A stretch of DNA of 64,000 nt. Origin: Calditrichia bacterium. GTDB lineage: Bacteria > Calditrichota > Calditrichia > JAJRVZ01. Each line of letters begins with the position of its first letter. Position 1 is the first letter of the stretch. Made by a program: the position numbers and the translations under genes. The notes below the pieces were generated by a model. That model ran no database searches. It was not told the DNA's origin and worked only from the letters and a program-made list of their open reading frames with translations. Below are positions 42,409 to 53,047 of the stretch, piece after piece. The stretch covers positions 1 through 64,000 of the forward strand of contig CAWCNS010000002.1 of assembly GCA_963796965.1 (NCBI GenBank). Direction: 5' to 3'.

Positions 42409-43929
42409 TTATTTTTCCCCCAGACAATAGAGATATCCATTCCGAGCTCCAACATACAATCTTCTGTTATGGACAATTGCGGTGGATTCAATAGCACTTC
42501 TTCCCCATGTATCAAGAAGCTTAAAATTAAGGCTCGTGTCAAACTCAAACAAATAAATACCCTTATACCCGGTTGCAACCAGTTTGTTCCCAACGATTAT
42601 CGGAGTGGATATTGAAGGTCCAATCTGTTTTTTAAATACTAAACGAGGTTGAGGGTATTTGAATTTATTATTGGGGCCATCCACAAACCCGCTCGCCGTA
42701 TCAATCTCCATATGGTTAACCACATATAAAAAACCATCAATACCAATAAATGCAGATAAACCTGGAGCACCGCCATCCCGTGTCGCATCATTGACACTTG
42801 CAGAGCCGATCACCCCCCCCTGCCAGGATACTACGCTATCGTCCTCAACAGGTTGGTACCAAACGACAGATTCTCCCGGAGATTTAGAAGGGTCCAGTTT
42901 AAAGACACCTCCCTTGCCCGAGATATATTGTTTCTCCACAGTGACGAGTAAACATTCATCCTCCGTAACAACAGGAGAACCGTCCATATCCGAACCGATA
43001 TAAAAATCCCATACTAGTTTATTCTGATTCAAATCATAACCATAGACATGACCAGATCCTGCCGTGATGTAAATTTTATTGTTCAACAATGCTGGTGAAG
43101 ATTCGACGACCAGATTTCCCCCATGCCTGATTTGATCATTCTGGTTATATAATTTTAATTGTTGATAAATTTTGGGTTGTAACATCCCGTCCTGTAAAAT
43201 TGCTGAAAGGGGGTTGGGATCAAAAACAGTAAATAGGGCATTTTCCAAACCAATATAGGCAGTACCTCCAATTGTCAGAGCAGAACCATCAACATCTCTG
43301 CTATAACTTGCCGTACGTATCACATCCATCCGCCATAGTTCTTCACCGGAAAAATAAGAGATACCTCTGTAACTGGGCACATATTTTGAGTATAGGTCCT
43401 TTTCATACCCCCGCCTGCTTCCTTGTAAGATCAAAATACTTTGGTCAAGAGTTGGAGATTCCTCATTAATCCAAAGAGTCCCCGTTCCTTTTATAGCATC
43501 GTCAAACTTATTTTGCCAGATCATTTGGCCTGAACTTGCATCAATTTTTCTCAAATGATGATCGAGGGAACTCTGAATCAGGAACAACTTATTATTTTCT
43601 TTTACCAGAAGCGGTTGTCCTGTCCATCCACTACCCGCCCATTCCTTCTCACCTATATTTTTTGATATGACCGTCTTTCCCTTTCCCAGAAAAAATTTCC
43701 AAAGAGGATCTAAACGGTTAGGTGCTTCGTTTCCATAATACTGACGTTTCCAATTACCTAAAAAAGTTCTGTTAATCAACTCAATATTTGATATTTTGCC
43801 TTCAGATAGTTTATTAAAGTCTTGAGCTATAGATTTCTCTGTATAATCCAGAGAAATAATCACTACGATTATTGCCAGGATTAAACTAAACTTCCGGAAT
43901 CGTTTCTTTATCATCAACAATCTGTACAA
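42409..43929 (-). CDS. PQQ-like beta-propeller repeat protein, secreted
   Basis: Signal/TM segment, WTGQP, ESSPA, DGSPVV, ISTP, ESTA...G.LYC repeats. Confidence 0.75.
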   Translation of the reverse strand: MYRLLMIKKRFRKFSLILAIIVVIISLDYTEKSIAQDFNKLSEGKISNIELINRTFLGNWKRQYYGNEAPNRLDPLWKFFLGKGKTVISKNIGEKEWAGSGWTGQPLLVKENNKLFLIQSSLDHHLRKIDASSGQMIWQNKFDDAIKGTGTLWINEESPTLDQSILILQGSRRGYEKDLYSKYVPSYRGISYFSGEELWRMDVIRTASYSRDVDGSALTIGGTAYIGLENALFTVFDPNPLSAILQDGMLQPKIYQQLKLYNQNDQIRHGGNLVVESSPALLNNKIYITAGSGHVYGYDLNQNKLVWDFYIGSDMDGSPVVTEDECLLVTVEKQYISGKGGVFKLDPSKSPGESVVWYQPVEDDSVVSWQGGVIGSASVNDATRDGGAPGLSAFIGIDGFLYVVNHMEIDTASGFVDGPNNKFKYPQPRLVFKKQIGPSISTPIIVGNKLVATGYKGIYLFEFDTSLNFKLLDTWGRSAIESTAIVHNRRLYVGARNGYLYCLGEK

Positions 43930-44094
43930 TTTTTCTAACCTTGTTCGGACAATCGTTATTATTTTCCGTTAGTGAAAATATCTTATATTCATCTATAATC
44001 ATGTTGGAAAACTATATTTAGGTAATATACGAAGAAAAACGTAAAATTAAAAACCCCATAGGTCGGGGCTTTGGGAAACAATACGTTTTTATAC

Positions 44095-44940
44095 TTAACC
44101 GAGGTAGTATCTGAGTACTTTACTGCGGGAACTATGGCGGAGCCGACGCAACGCTTTCTCTTTTATTTGACGTACACGCTCTCTTGTTAATTTAAATTTA
44201 ACACCAATTTCTTCAAGTGTATGAGGTTTTTCACCATCTAAACCAAAATAGAACTTTAATATTTTTGCTTCTCGTCCCGTCAATGTATTAAGGATGTGAT
44301 TAACCTCTTCTTTGAGTGACTCACCCATTATATCAGAATCTGGTTCAGGATCCTGTTGATTTTGAATTATATCGATAAGTCTGCTATCACTATTACGTTG
44401 AAGCGGAGAATCCATTGATATCGACCTGGTCGCCAATTTAATCGTATCAGAAATGTCACCCGATTCAACTTCCAGGACATTGGCAATTTCATCAGGGGTT
44501 GGTTCACGCTCGAACTCCTGCTCCAACATACTATAAACTTTGCCAATCTTTGTTAAGGTTCCAACACGATTCAGAGGAAGCCTTACAAGGCGGGATTGCT
44601 CTGCGATTGCTTGCAGGATTGATTGCTTAATCCACCACACAGCATAAGAGATAAATTTAAAACCACGTGTTTCATCAAATCGGTATGCAGCCTTCATCAA
44701 CCCCAGATTTCCTTCATTAATAAGATCTTCTAAGGTCAAACCATAGTTTTGATAGGACTTTGCAACACTTACAACAAAACGTAAATTGGCACTTACTAGT
44801 CTTTTGAGGGCCTGTTGATCATTCTGCTTTATTTTTTGTGCAAGCTCGATCTCTTCTGCGGGAGTTAGTAACTGTACCTCACCAATTTCTCGTAAATAAT
44901 TTTCCAAAGATTGATTTTTACTTAAAAAAAAGTCGCTCAC
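44095..44940 (-). CDS. RNA polymerase sigma-70 factor, RpoD/SigA family (short form, no region 1.1)
   Basis: YLREIG, ANLRFVVSVAK, DLINEGNLGL, FISYAVWWIKQSI, TRERVRQIKEKAL. Confidence 0.93.
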   Translation of the reverse strand: MSDFFLSKNQSLENYLREIGEVQLLTPAEEIELAQKIKQNDQQALKRLVSANLRFVVSVAKSYQNYGLTLEDLINEGNLGLMKAAYRFDETRGFKFISYAVWWIKQSILQAIAEQSRLVRLPLNRVGTLTKIGKVYSMLEQEFEREPTPDEIANVLEVESGDISDTIKLATRSISMDSPLQRNSDSRLIDIIQNQQDPEPDSDIMGESLKEEVNHILNTLTGREAKILKFYFGLDGEKPHTLEEIGVKFKLTRERVRQIKEKALRRLRHSSRSKVLRYYLG

Positions 44941-45227
44941 TAACCTGACTCCACGTTATACATTGCATGTTGAGTATATTAGATTTAATATTTTGTATTT
45001 GTTTCTATTAACAGATTTGGTGAAGATTTCCCCCATAATGATGTGGTTATCGAATAAAACCAGACTATTAATAATAGAATTTAAACAATTCCATTTCCAG
45101 ATTGACCAATCCTGGACTCTCAACCAGCATCATTAAAAAACGAACTGTGGGACTACTTTATTTCGTTCTAAACGCTGTTTATAGTTATATCGAGATTTAA
45201 TTTTAACTTGTTAAGCAAGAAAAAGTC

Positions 45228-45548
45228 CTACTCCTCGTCCAATACAACACGTTGATCCCGAATTTGTTCCACTTTTTCTTCCAGCCTTCTAAGGGTTTGC
45301 TCCTTTCCCTCAATTAGACCAACAAGTCTCTCAACATCTGCGTCTTTGGGTATCTCATTCTCCGAACTGCTAACAAAGGACTGATAAACACGTCCTCCCA
45401 ATTCTATGAATGCTTTCTCGATATCTCTTTTTGTCGCAATAATCTCAAGTTTAAGACGACCAATCTTTGTTAGATCACCCGTTTTTTCAGAGACAGAGCG
45501 ATAGTACTCTGCAATATTTTTTTTGACTTTTTTCCACATGGTTTCCAT
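45228..45548 (-). CDS. Hypothetical coiled-coil protein
   Basis: 106-aa helical ORF (KIGRLKLEI...ELGGRVY). Confidence 0.7.
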   Translation of the reverse strand: METMWKKVKKNIAEYYRSVSEKTGDLTKIGRLKLEIIATKRDIEKAFIELGGRVYQSFVSSSENEIPKDADVERLVGLIEGKEQTLRRLEEKVEQIRDQRVVLDEE

Positions 45549-45699
45549 AGGCGCCGTTAAATATATTAAAATGATCTTTAAATTTCATTTTTTTTACAAT
45601 AAAGAAATTCTTTAAAACTGACGATCCCCGATGCCTATCAGGGTATTTCACCAGTATTATTTCGACACAAATTTCAAAAAACACAATTTCATTTATTTA

Positions 45700-45778
45700 C
45701 CTCTCCCCAACCCTCTCCTAAAGGAGAGGGAGAAATAGGTAACCCCGAGGCAGAGCCTCGAGGAATTCTTCTGATTAA
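45700..45778. repeat. Two adjacent palindromic repeats (CCCTCTCC..GGAGAGGG and CCCCGAGGCAGAGCCTCGAGG)
   Basis: Perfect stems at 45711-45730 and 45745-45760; REP/IS200-IS605-end-like hairpins without a transposase. Confidence 0.6.
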
Positions 45779-45870
45779 TGGTCATTTTAAATGGGGTCTT
45801 CCCCGGCAGTGAAAGGGTACATACAAGACCTCTATCAATCTGTTCATTTTAAAGTGCATTCAATCCAGCC

Positions 45871-47056
45871 CTATTCTTTTATCAACGAAATCGATTCTAA
45901 GAAACTTATTCCCCAGGCGGTTTGTTCAACTTGAAAATAAGCTGCTAGCGTCGCCTGCAGATCAGCAAATGATTTGCGAATCCCAAGGTCTATGCCATTT
46001 TTAAATTTTGGTCCGAAGACAAGAAGGGGGACATATTCCCTGGAATGATCTGTACTTGATGTTGTTGGATCATTTCCATGATCAGAAGTAATGATACACA
46101 AATCATCATTTTTCAGATTAGATATAAAGGTCCCCAACCACTGATCAAACACCTTAAGCCCCTGCCGGAAGCCTTCCGAATCATTTCGATGTCCCCAAAG
46201 CATGTCAAAATCAACCAGATTTATCATAATAAGACCATGGTGGTATGTCATAATAGTCTTATCTAATGCTGCCATACCTTCAGTATTCGTCTTAGTATGA
46301 ATACTTGTAGAAATCCCATCATAAGCATACAAATCGTTGATTTTCCCAATTGCGATTGTCGGAATGTTGGAACTATTCAAAATATTTAATATCGTTGCCC
46401 CATGAGGTTTCAGTGAAAAATCTTTTCTGTATTTTGTACGAACAAAATCATCCCTGTTAGTTCCAACAAAGGGTCTGGCTATGACACGAGCAACCGCATG
46501 TGGCCCTGTCAAAAGATCTCGTGAGATCTGACAAATCTCATATAGGCGATCGAGTGGGATTATTTCCTCATGAGTTGCAATTTGGAACACGCTATCGGCA
46601 GATGTATAAATAATTGGTTTGCCGGTTCTGATATGTTCCTCACCCAAATTTTTAATTATTTCTGTTCCGGAGGCTGCATAGTTTCCCAAATATCCAAGGC
46701 CTGTTTCACTCCTGAAATCTCTTCATGATTTGATCAGGAAATCCTTCATGAAAGAGAGGGAAAGGCTTCTCCAAAACCAAACCGCCTAATTCCCAATGAC
46801 CTGTTGTACTGTCTTTTCCCGGTGACATTTCTGCCATTTTACCAAAAGAAGCCAGTGGACTTCCAGGACAGGTCACACCTCCTATGGGATGTATACAACC
46901 CAAGCCAAGACGTGATAAGTTAGGCAATTGAAGACCTGAAGTTACTCTGGAGAGATTCCCCAGAGTATCGCTTCCTGTATCTCCATACTGATTGGCATCA
47001 GGCATTTCACCAACACCAACACCATCAATGATGATAACAAACGCTCTCTTTGACAT
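45871..47056 (-). CDS. deoB: Phosphopentomutase (+1 frameshift near 46708)
   Basis: IIDGVGVG, GKDSTTGHWE, GNYAASGT, YTSADSVFQ, DMLWGHRND, SDHGNDPT, DHSREYVP across two frames. Confidence 0.93.
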
Positions 47057-47235
47057 TTATTTCCTCTGGGATACCGGATAATTTTTGCTGTAAAGAGGAT
47101 TTTATCAAGTGTTTTTGCCAATTATTTTGTACATAATCTGCATCCTATTCATTCGTGATATTCTCAAATATTCAAAATAAAAAATCGAGTATCAAGTATC
47201 GAAAGTTGGGTGTCACGACCCTAACAAATTAAAAA

Positions 47236-49179
47236 CTATTTAATATACAACAATTTCACAACTGCGGTACCATCCTCAGATACAAGTTGCAAAAAATAGG
47301 TACCGCTGTTTACAGAGTTCCCATAGTCGTTGATTCCATTCCATCTCAAATGGTGATACTCTGCCTTATAAAATTGCCAATCAATTAATGTCCTTATTTT
47401 CTGACCAAGAATATTATAAATTTTTAGACTGATTTTTTGTGCACGATCCAAACCAAAAACAATTTTAGTTTCATGATTAAATGGATTCGGCGCATTTTTC
47501 AACAAAGAGATGCCTGATGGTTCAATGCTTTCAATTCGGAGTGAATCAACAAAAACCTCAGTTCCAGATGTCAATTGTGCAGATAAGGTATATGTAAACA
47601 GTTCATTCCCGTTCACCTCATCGTCTGTAACTATATATGATTGGGCGCTTATTCCTGCTTCACGCCCCTCAACATAGATAATTGGCTGAAATATATTCGT
47701 GCTGCTCTTTCGACTTATAATCCAATGATTATTATCAATTTCCCGATCAGCAATCCAGGTTACCGTGTTTTTTCCATATCCAGGGACAACCATAAACTCA
47801 CGAACTGAAACGCCAGGCTTTGTAATAACATTTAAAAATATCTTTTCTAAATCAATCAGACCATAGCCGTGCTGGTTGTCGGGATTATCATAATGTGAAG
47901 CATTTTGGATTAGAAGATCCCGCAGATCGATAGGTGTTAACCCAGGCATAGTTGAGTATAAAACAGCACCTACTCCAGCTGCCAAAGGGCATGAATATGA
48001 ATTTCCGTTGACATATTTATAGCTATCAGTTGTTTGGGGATTTATCGTATATACACCCTGGGCCTGTGCCAACAGATCAGGTTTTATTCTACCATCAGCA
48101 GTCGGTCCTCTAGAAGAACTGTTCCAAAATGTCTCATCCGGCAGGACCCCACCGATGGCAATAACACTATCTCCATCTGCAGGGGCGATTACATATTTCC
48201 AACTTGTTGATCCCTCATTTCCAGCGGAACTAAAAACAGCGACACCCTTTCTCACAGCCAAATCTGCTGCTCTCGTTATAAGCGTAGTATTACCATCCAT
48301 ATCTTCATAGGTATAATCCAAGATATAACCCACCGATGAAGAAATGATATCGGCACCGAGGCTTTCAGCCCATTCAGCTGCTGCGATCCAGTTATCTTCT
48401 TCTGCATGGGTCTCACTTTTCAGGTCCTCAGTCTTGGCGAGAATATAGTGTGACGCATAAGCAGGACCAATAATATTACCCGGTTGATACCCTGCCAGAA
48501 CGCTCAATACTTCTGTACCATGATTATGCTGAGTCGACAGGTCTCCTGATTCATTTTCAACATTATCATCACCATTTATAAAATCCCAGGTGGCAGTCAC
48601 CTCTACATTCTTCAAGGCCTCGTGCTCCAGAATGAATCCGGTATCAAAAACAGCGATAAGGACCCCTTCACCATGGAAACCCAACGAATGTGCAGTTGGT
48701 ATTCCAATCATATTGTTCTGATTGAAAGAGGGTCCATAATCCGGATCATCTGATTTATACAAGTCCTTTTGAAGTGCAGGTTTAAGTGGTGTTCTTATGT
48801 ATGATTTTACCGGCTGGATCTTTTTTACAAAGTTTAATTTTTCTAATTCTTGTACCCTGGTGCCATTCAAGTAACAGCTAACTGCATTTAACCAACGTGA
48901 GGTGTGATGAATTATAATACCCAGATTTTTTAATTGACGAATATAATCTGCAGAAACAGGTTTATCTGTTTCATCAAAGACCTTTAAAGCGCCACGTATT
49001 TCTCTTCTTTTTAATGCTCTCGCAGATATGATCTGTCTTTGGTCATCATCGAGAATAGAATTTATCTTTGAATTTTTATCAGAAAAAAATATCCAGTAAC
49101 GATCAGTATCAATCGCAAATAAATTTCCCAATAAAAAGAATGAAATTAAAACTATCAATTTTAAATGTATCATCGGCAA
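47236..49179 (-). CDS. S8 subtilase with C-terminal FlgD-like/T9SS-type sorting domain
   Basis: FDTGF, HGTEV, SAGNEG, GNSYSCP catalytic motifs; NAPNPFN CTD. Confidence 0.92.
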   Translation of the reverse strand: MPMIHLKLIVLISFFLLGNLFAIDTDRYWIFFSDKNSKINSILDDDQRQIISARALKRREIRGALKVFDETDKPVSADYIRQLKNLGIIIHHTSRWLNAVSCYLNGTRVQELEKLNFVKKIQPVKSYIRTPLKPALQKDLYKSDDPDYGPSFNQNNMIGIPTAHSLGFHGEGVLIAVFDTGFILEHEALKNVEVTATWDFINGDDNVENESGDLSTQHNHGTEVLSVLAGYQPGNIIGPAYASHYILAKTEDLKSETHAEEDNWIAAAEWAESLGADIISSSVGYILDYTYEDMDGNTTLITRAADLAVRKGVAVFSSAGNEGSTSWKYVIAPADGDSVIAIGGVLPDETFWNSSSRGPTADGRIKPDLLAQAQGVYTINPQTTDSYKYVNGNSYSCPLAAGVGAVLYSTMPGLTPIDLRDLLIQNASHYDNPDNQHGYGLIDLEKIFLNVITKPGVSVREFMVVPGYGKNTVTWIADREIDNNHWIISRKSSTNIFQPIIYVEGREAGISAQSYIVTDDEVNGNELFTYTLSAQLTSGTEVFVDSLRIESIEPSGISLLKNAPNPFNHETKIVFGLDRAQKISLKIYNILGQKIRTLIDWQFYKAEYHHLRWNGINDYGNSVNSGTYFLQLVSEDGTAVVKLLYIK

Positions 49180-49249
49180 CTAACCTGTTTAGTAATGGTG
49201 GCCAGGTAATAAACAGTCTAGCACCTGGCTATAAAAAATTTAGCCCAGG

Positions 49250-49804
49250 TTAATTAACGTATACACGTTCCATCACCACACGACGCTGTGGTCTCTCCCT
49301 GGGATCGGTTTTTAAACGCCCGATCTTCTCAACAGTTTCCATACCACGAACAACTTTACCAAAAACGGTATAAGCACCATCAAGTTGAGGTAGATCCTGG
49401 AGACATATATAAAATTGACTTCCATTAGATTTTTTTTCCGGATTCATGCGATCCGGCATTCTCGCCGCGGCAACACTCCCCTTCAAATGTAGCAAATTTA
49501 TTTCCGCATCCACCTCATATCCAGGTCCACCTTGTCCATCATTATTAGGGTTGGTATCTTTCGAATTTGGATCACCACCCTGTATTACAAATCCATTGGC
49601 CACACGATGGAATGTGGTTCCACTATAAAACCCTTCTTCAACTAATTTCACAAAATTTTCTGCATGTCCAGGTGCTTTATCATTAAATAATTCTAATTCA
49701 ATTTCACCAAGATTGGTAACAATTACAACATTGGGATTAGCTCCGCAGTTCATCATTAAAACAGGTATAATGATTCCGATTAATATGACCCACATTTTCT
49801 TCAT
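49250..49804 (-). CDS. Cyclophilin-type peptidyl-prolyl isomerase, lipoprotein
   Basis: FHRVANGFVIQGGDP, GSQFYI, YTVFGKV. Confidence 0.93.
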   Translation of the reverse strand: MKKMWVILIGIIIPVLMMNCGANPNVVIVTNLGEIELELFNDKAPGHAENFVKLVEEGFYSGTTFHRVANGFVIQGGDPNSKDTNPNNDGQGGPGYEVDAEINLLHLKGSVAAARMPDRMNPEKKSNGSQFYICLQDLPQLDGAYTVFGKVVRGMETVEKIGRLKTDPRERPQRRVVMERVYVN

Positions 49805-50028
49805 GATTATTCTTCCTGTGTTATTAAAATATTTACTGTTATTTATTTCATTTGAGTTATTTAAATCTAAATATAAAATTCAAGGTGATTTCGGGTCCTG
49901 TCAGCGATGGGACAGGAATTCTACAATTTATCTTATGGCTTAATTCTTTGTTGAGAGAAACTAAAAATTTCTCATTTGCCTAGGGCGCATCCGAAATGAC
50001 ACCTTCAATAGTACCGGCAACCCATCTC

Positions 50029-50628
50029 TTAGCGGCTACCTGGTTTTTGGATTGGAATTTGTTTTTCACATAAGGGGCAGTCCCCGGCCGGATAAGCCTT
50101 AGTATCCAGTTGAATGACAGAATATTGATCAACCCTAAAATTCACCTCACCATTGCTGCGGTCAACAATAAATCCAACACCTACAACTTCAGCACTATAA
50201 TCTTTTACTACCTCGATCACTTCAAACACCGATCCGCCGGTGGTAACCACATCTTCACACACCAGAACTTTTTCTCCGGGAGAAAATTGAAACCCTCGAC
50301 GCAATTGCATCTTACCATCTTTACGTTCCGCAAATATGGTTCTAATACCAAGTTGACGGCCAACTTCTTGTCCAACAACAATACCACCAATTGCCGGAGA
50401 GATGACTGAATCAATTTCCAAATTGATAAAATAGTCAACTATCTTCTTAGCCAAAAGTTGACTGCATTGTGGATGTTGCAAGACCAGAGCACATTGAAAA
50501 TAATTTGCACTATGTAAACCAGAGGTAAGCCGAAAATGTCCTGAAAGTAATGCCTCGCTCTTTCTAAACATTTCCAATATCTCGTCATCTGTTGATATTT
50601 TTTCCTCTTTTTGATATTCGCATTTCAT
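50029..50628 (-). CDS. pyrE: Orotate phosphoribosyltransferase
   Basis: [25 protein letters not shown] motif, KPGSR. Confidence 0.95.
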   Translation of the reverse strand: MKCEYQKEEKISTDDEILEMFRKSEALLSGHFRLTSGLHSANYFQCALVLQHPQCSQLLAKKIVDYFINLEIDSVISPAIGGIVVGQEVGRQLGIRTIFAERKDGKMQLRRGFQFSPGEKVLVCEDVVTTGGSVFEVIEVVKDYSAEVVGVGFIVDRSNGEVNFRVDQYSVIQLDTKAYPAGDCPLCEKQIPIQKPGSR

Positions 50629-50662
50629 AATTATAAATTCCTAATTCCCAATTTTTCGTTTA

Positions 50663-51499
50663 TTAATAATTCCAGGATGTATGAATAAGATTAGCCATTT
50701 CATCTACATAATACTTTGCACGCTCCCTTACTTTTTGTGCAAAATCCTTTCTATCTCCTGCATAAATAATATCCCGCCCAATATTGATCAGCAAACCGGT
50801 TCCATTCTTATCTCGTCCATATTTCACCACATCCGCAAAAGAGCCGCCTTGCGCACCTACTCCGGGGACCAGAAAAGGCAGATCCGGTATGGCACCACGT
50901 AATATCTTCATCCCCTCTATATCTTTCGCACTTACCACCAAGCCACAATTCTTTTGAGCATTCCAGGATTCAACTTTTTTCCCCACATACAAATACAAGG
51001 GATCCAATCCGATTTGTAAATGTTGAAAATCCATTGATCCCTCATTAGAGGTTAAAGATAAAATAAAGGCCCCTCTATCTGGATCTTTGATAAATGGTTC
51101 TACACTATCTTTACCCATGTAGGGATTAACTGTAACAGCATTAGCTCCAAATTGCTTAAAGTACCCGGCAGCATACATTTCAGCCGTATGAGGTACATCC
51201 CCCCTCTTTCCATCGAGAATAAGCAATGTATCTTTTGACATCATGGTTTCAAGATCGTTCAACGCTTCTAAACCATTTTGTCCCTCGCTTTCATAATAGG
51301 CCATATTCGCTTTATAAGCGATGGTCAGATCATGGGTGGCTTCTACTATTTCACGGTTAAATATGATAAAGGGGTTCTTTTCATATTTTAAATATGAAGG
51401 AAGTCTTTCCATAGCAGGATCAAGTCCAATACAGAGGAGAGAACTTTTATTTGATATCAGCATATTCAGACGATCGTTGAATGGCAATTTTACTTTCAT
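50663..51499 (-). CDS. pyrF: Orotidine-5'-phosphate decarboxylase
   Basis: LCIGLDP, LDGKRGDV, NPYMG.DS, LVPGVGAQGG. Confidence 0.93.
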   Translation of the reverse strand: MKVKLPFNDRLNMLISNKSSLLCIGLDPAMERLPSYLKYEKNPFIIFNREIVEATHDLTIAYKANMAYYESEGQNGLEALNDLETMMSKDTLLILDGKRGDVPHTAEMYAAGYFKQFGANAVTVNPYMGKDSVEPFIKDPDRGAFILSLTSNEGSMDFQHLQIGLDPLYLYVGKKVESWNAQKNCGLVVSAKDIEGMKILRGAIPDLPFLVPGVGAQGGSFADVVKYGRDKNGTGLLINIGRDIIYAGDRKDFAQKVRERAKYYVDEMANLIHTSWNY

Positions 51500-51539
51500 A
51501 AAGAAAATCCCTTCACTATAACATTTTTGTCTTTTTTCT

Positions 51540-52955
51540 TTATTCCTTTTTTTTAAGTATTATCTCCTTTTTGTCTTTCACTACCACAACTGTGCATGAC
51601 AAATCACTTGTAACATTTACAGCCGTTCGAGCCATATCAAGGAACCGTTCTACACCTAGAATTAACGCAATCCCTTCCAATGGAATTCCAATACTCTGCA
51701 GGACAAGGGTTAACATAATAATACCAACCTGTGGCGCACCCGCAGTACCTATTGAAGCCAAAGTAGCTGTCAGGATAATAGTTAATTGGTCCATCAAAGT
51801 TAAATCCATACCATAAACCGTTGCAATGAAAACAGCAGAGACACCCTGAAAAATAGCCGTACCATCCATGTTGATGGTCGCCCCTAAAGGCAATACAAAA
51901 CTGGCCACTTCTGGTTTTGCTTTCAGATTTTCTTCGGCACATTCAATACTCACAGGAAGAGTCGCTGAACTGGAACTCGTCGAAAAGGCGACCAATAATG
52001 CAGGATAAACACCCTGCCAAAATTCGGAGATTTTTAATCCTGTAAACAATTTTATTACGGCACTATTGAAAATAAATACATGAACGGCTAATGCTAAAAT
52101 TGTAGTAATAAAATAACCAAGGAGCGTATAGATAATATGTGTCCCATATTGACCGACAACCGCAGCAACAAGTGCAAAGACGCCATAAGGGGCAAGTTTC
52201 ATGACAAAATGAACCATTTGAATGGTAATATCTGTCACACCTCCAAAAAAAAGTAAGATACTTCTTTTCTTTTCCTCATTTAAATAAGTGACCGCAATTC
52301 CAGCGATGATTGCAAAAAAAATAATTTGCAGCATTTTGCCTTCAGCCATAGATCGGGCTGGGTTCTCCGGTATAATATCAAGGAGCAGATCAACGGTAGA
52401 TGGTCGCTCTACTGCCCTGGCAATTTTATCTCCGGCCACCTGATGATATTCCTGCTGCAATTCTGTACTTATCTCAGCCGGAATATCCGCCCCAGGATTG
52501 ATCATATTTGCTATGGCCAAACCTATCGTAATTGCTACGGCAGTAGAGATTAAATAAAATGATAATGTTCGCACCCCGATTTTTCCTAATTCTTTGATAT
52601 TATTCATACTCGCAGTTCCAACGAGCAATGAAGCGAAAACCAGCGGTACAACTATCATTTTAATTAACTGAATAAAAGCCTTACCCACAGGTAAGAACAC
52701 CTGAATCTGATCACCAAAAACGAGACCAGCTATTATTCCTAAGGCCAGTCCGGCAAAAATTCGTGTATATATTTTGGGATTCTTAAAGTTAAAGATCAGG
52801 TAAAGGCTAGAACCTAAGAATAAAAAACTGAAAAATTGAACAAAATTGGATGGGGGGTCTGGCGATGATTGTAACATTAATAATGTTGCCATAACACAAC
52901 TGACAACTATTAGGATAATCTTAAGATAGTCTGGTAGTGAATCAATCTTTTTCAT
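51540..52955 (-). CDS. Dicarboxylate/amino acid:cation symporter (GltP/GltT family)
   Basis: FSTSSSSATLP, PLGATINMDGT, ERFLDMARTAVNVTSD. Confidence 0.93.
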   Translation of the reverse strand: MKKIDSLPDYLKIILIVVSCVMATLLMLQSSPDPPSNFVQFFSFLFLGSSLYLIFNFKNPKIYTRIFAGLALGIIAGLVFGDQIQVFLPVGKAFIQLIKMIVVPLVFASLLVGTASMNNIKELGKIGVRTLSFYLISTAVAITIGLAIANMINPGADIPAEISTELQQEYHQVAGDKIARAVERPSTVDLLLDIIPENPARSMAEGKMLQIIFFAIIAGIAVTYLNEEKKRSILLFFGGVTDITIQMVHFVMKLAPYGVFALVAAVVGQYGTHIIYTLLGYFITTILALAVHVFIFNSAVIKLFTGLKISEFWQGVYPALLVAFSTSSSSATLPVSIECAEENLKAKPEVASFVLPLGATINMDGTAIFQGVSAVFIATVYGMDLTLMDQLTIILTATLASIGTAGAPQVGIIMLTLVLQSIGIPLEGIALILGVERFLDMARTAVNVTSDLSCTVVVVKDKKEIILKKKE

Positions 52956-53047
52956 ATAAGTGTGTCTGTCAATTGCTAGTGTTAGCCAAAAACTAAGAGA
53001 CCTTAAGGAATATTTACGTCTCCTTTAAAACAAACCTGTTTTGGATT

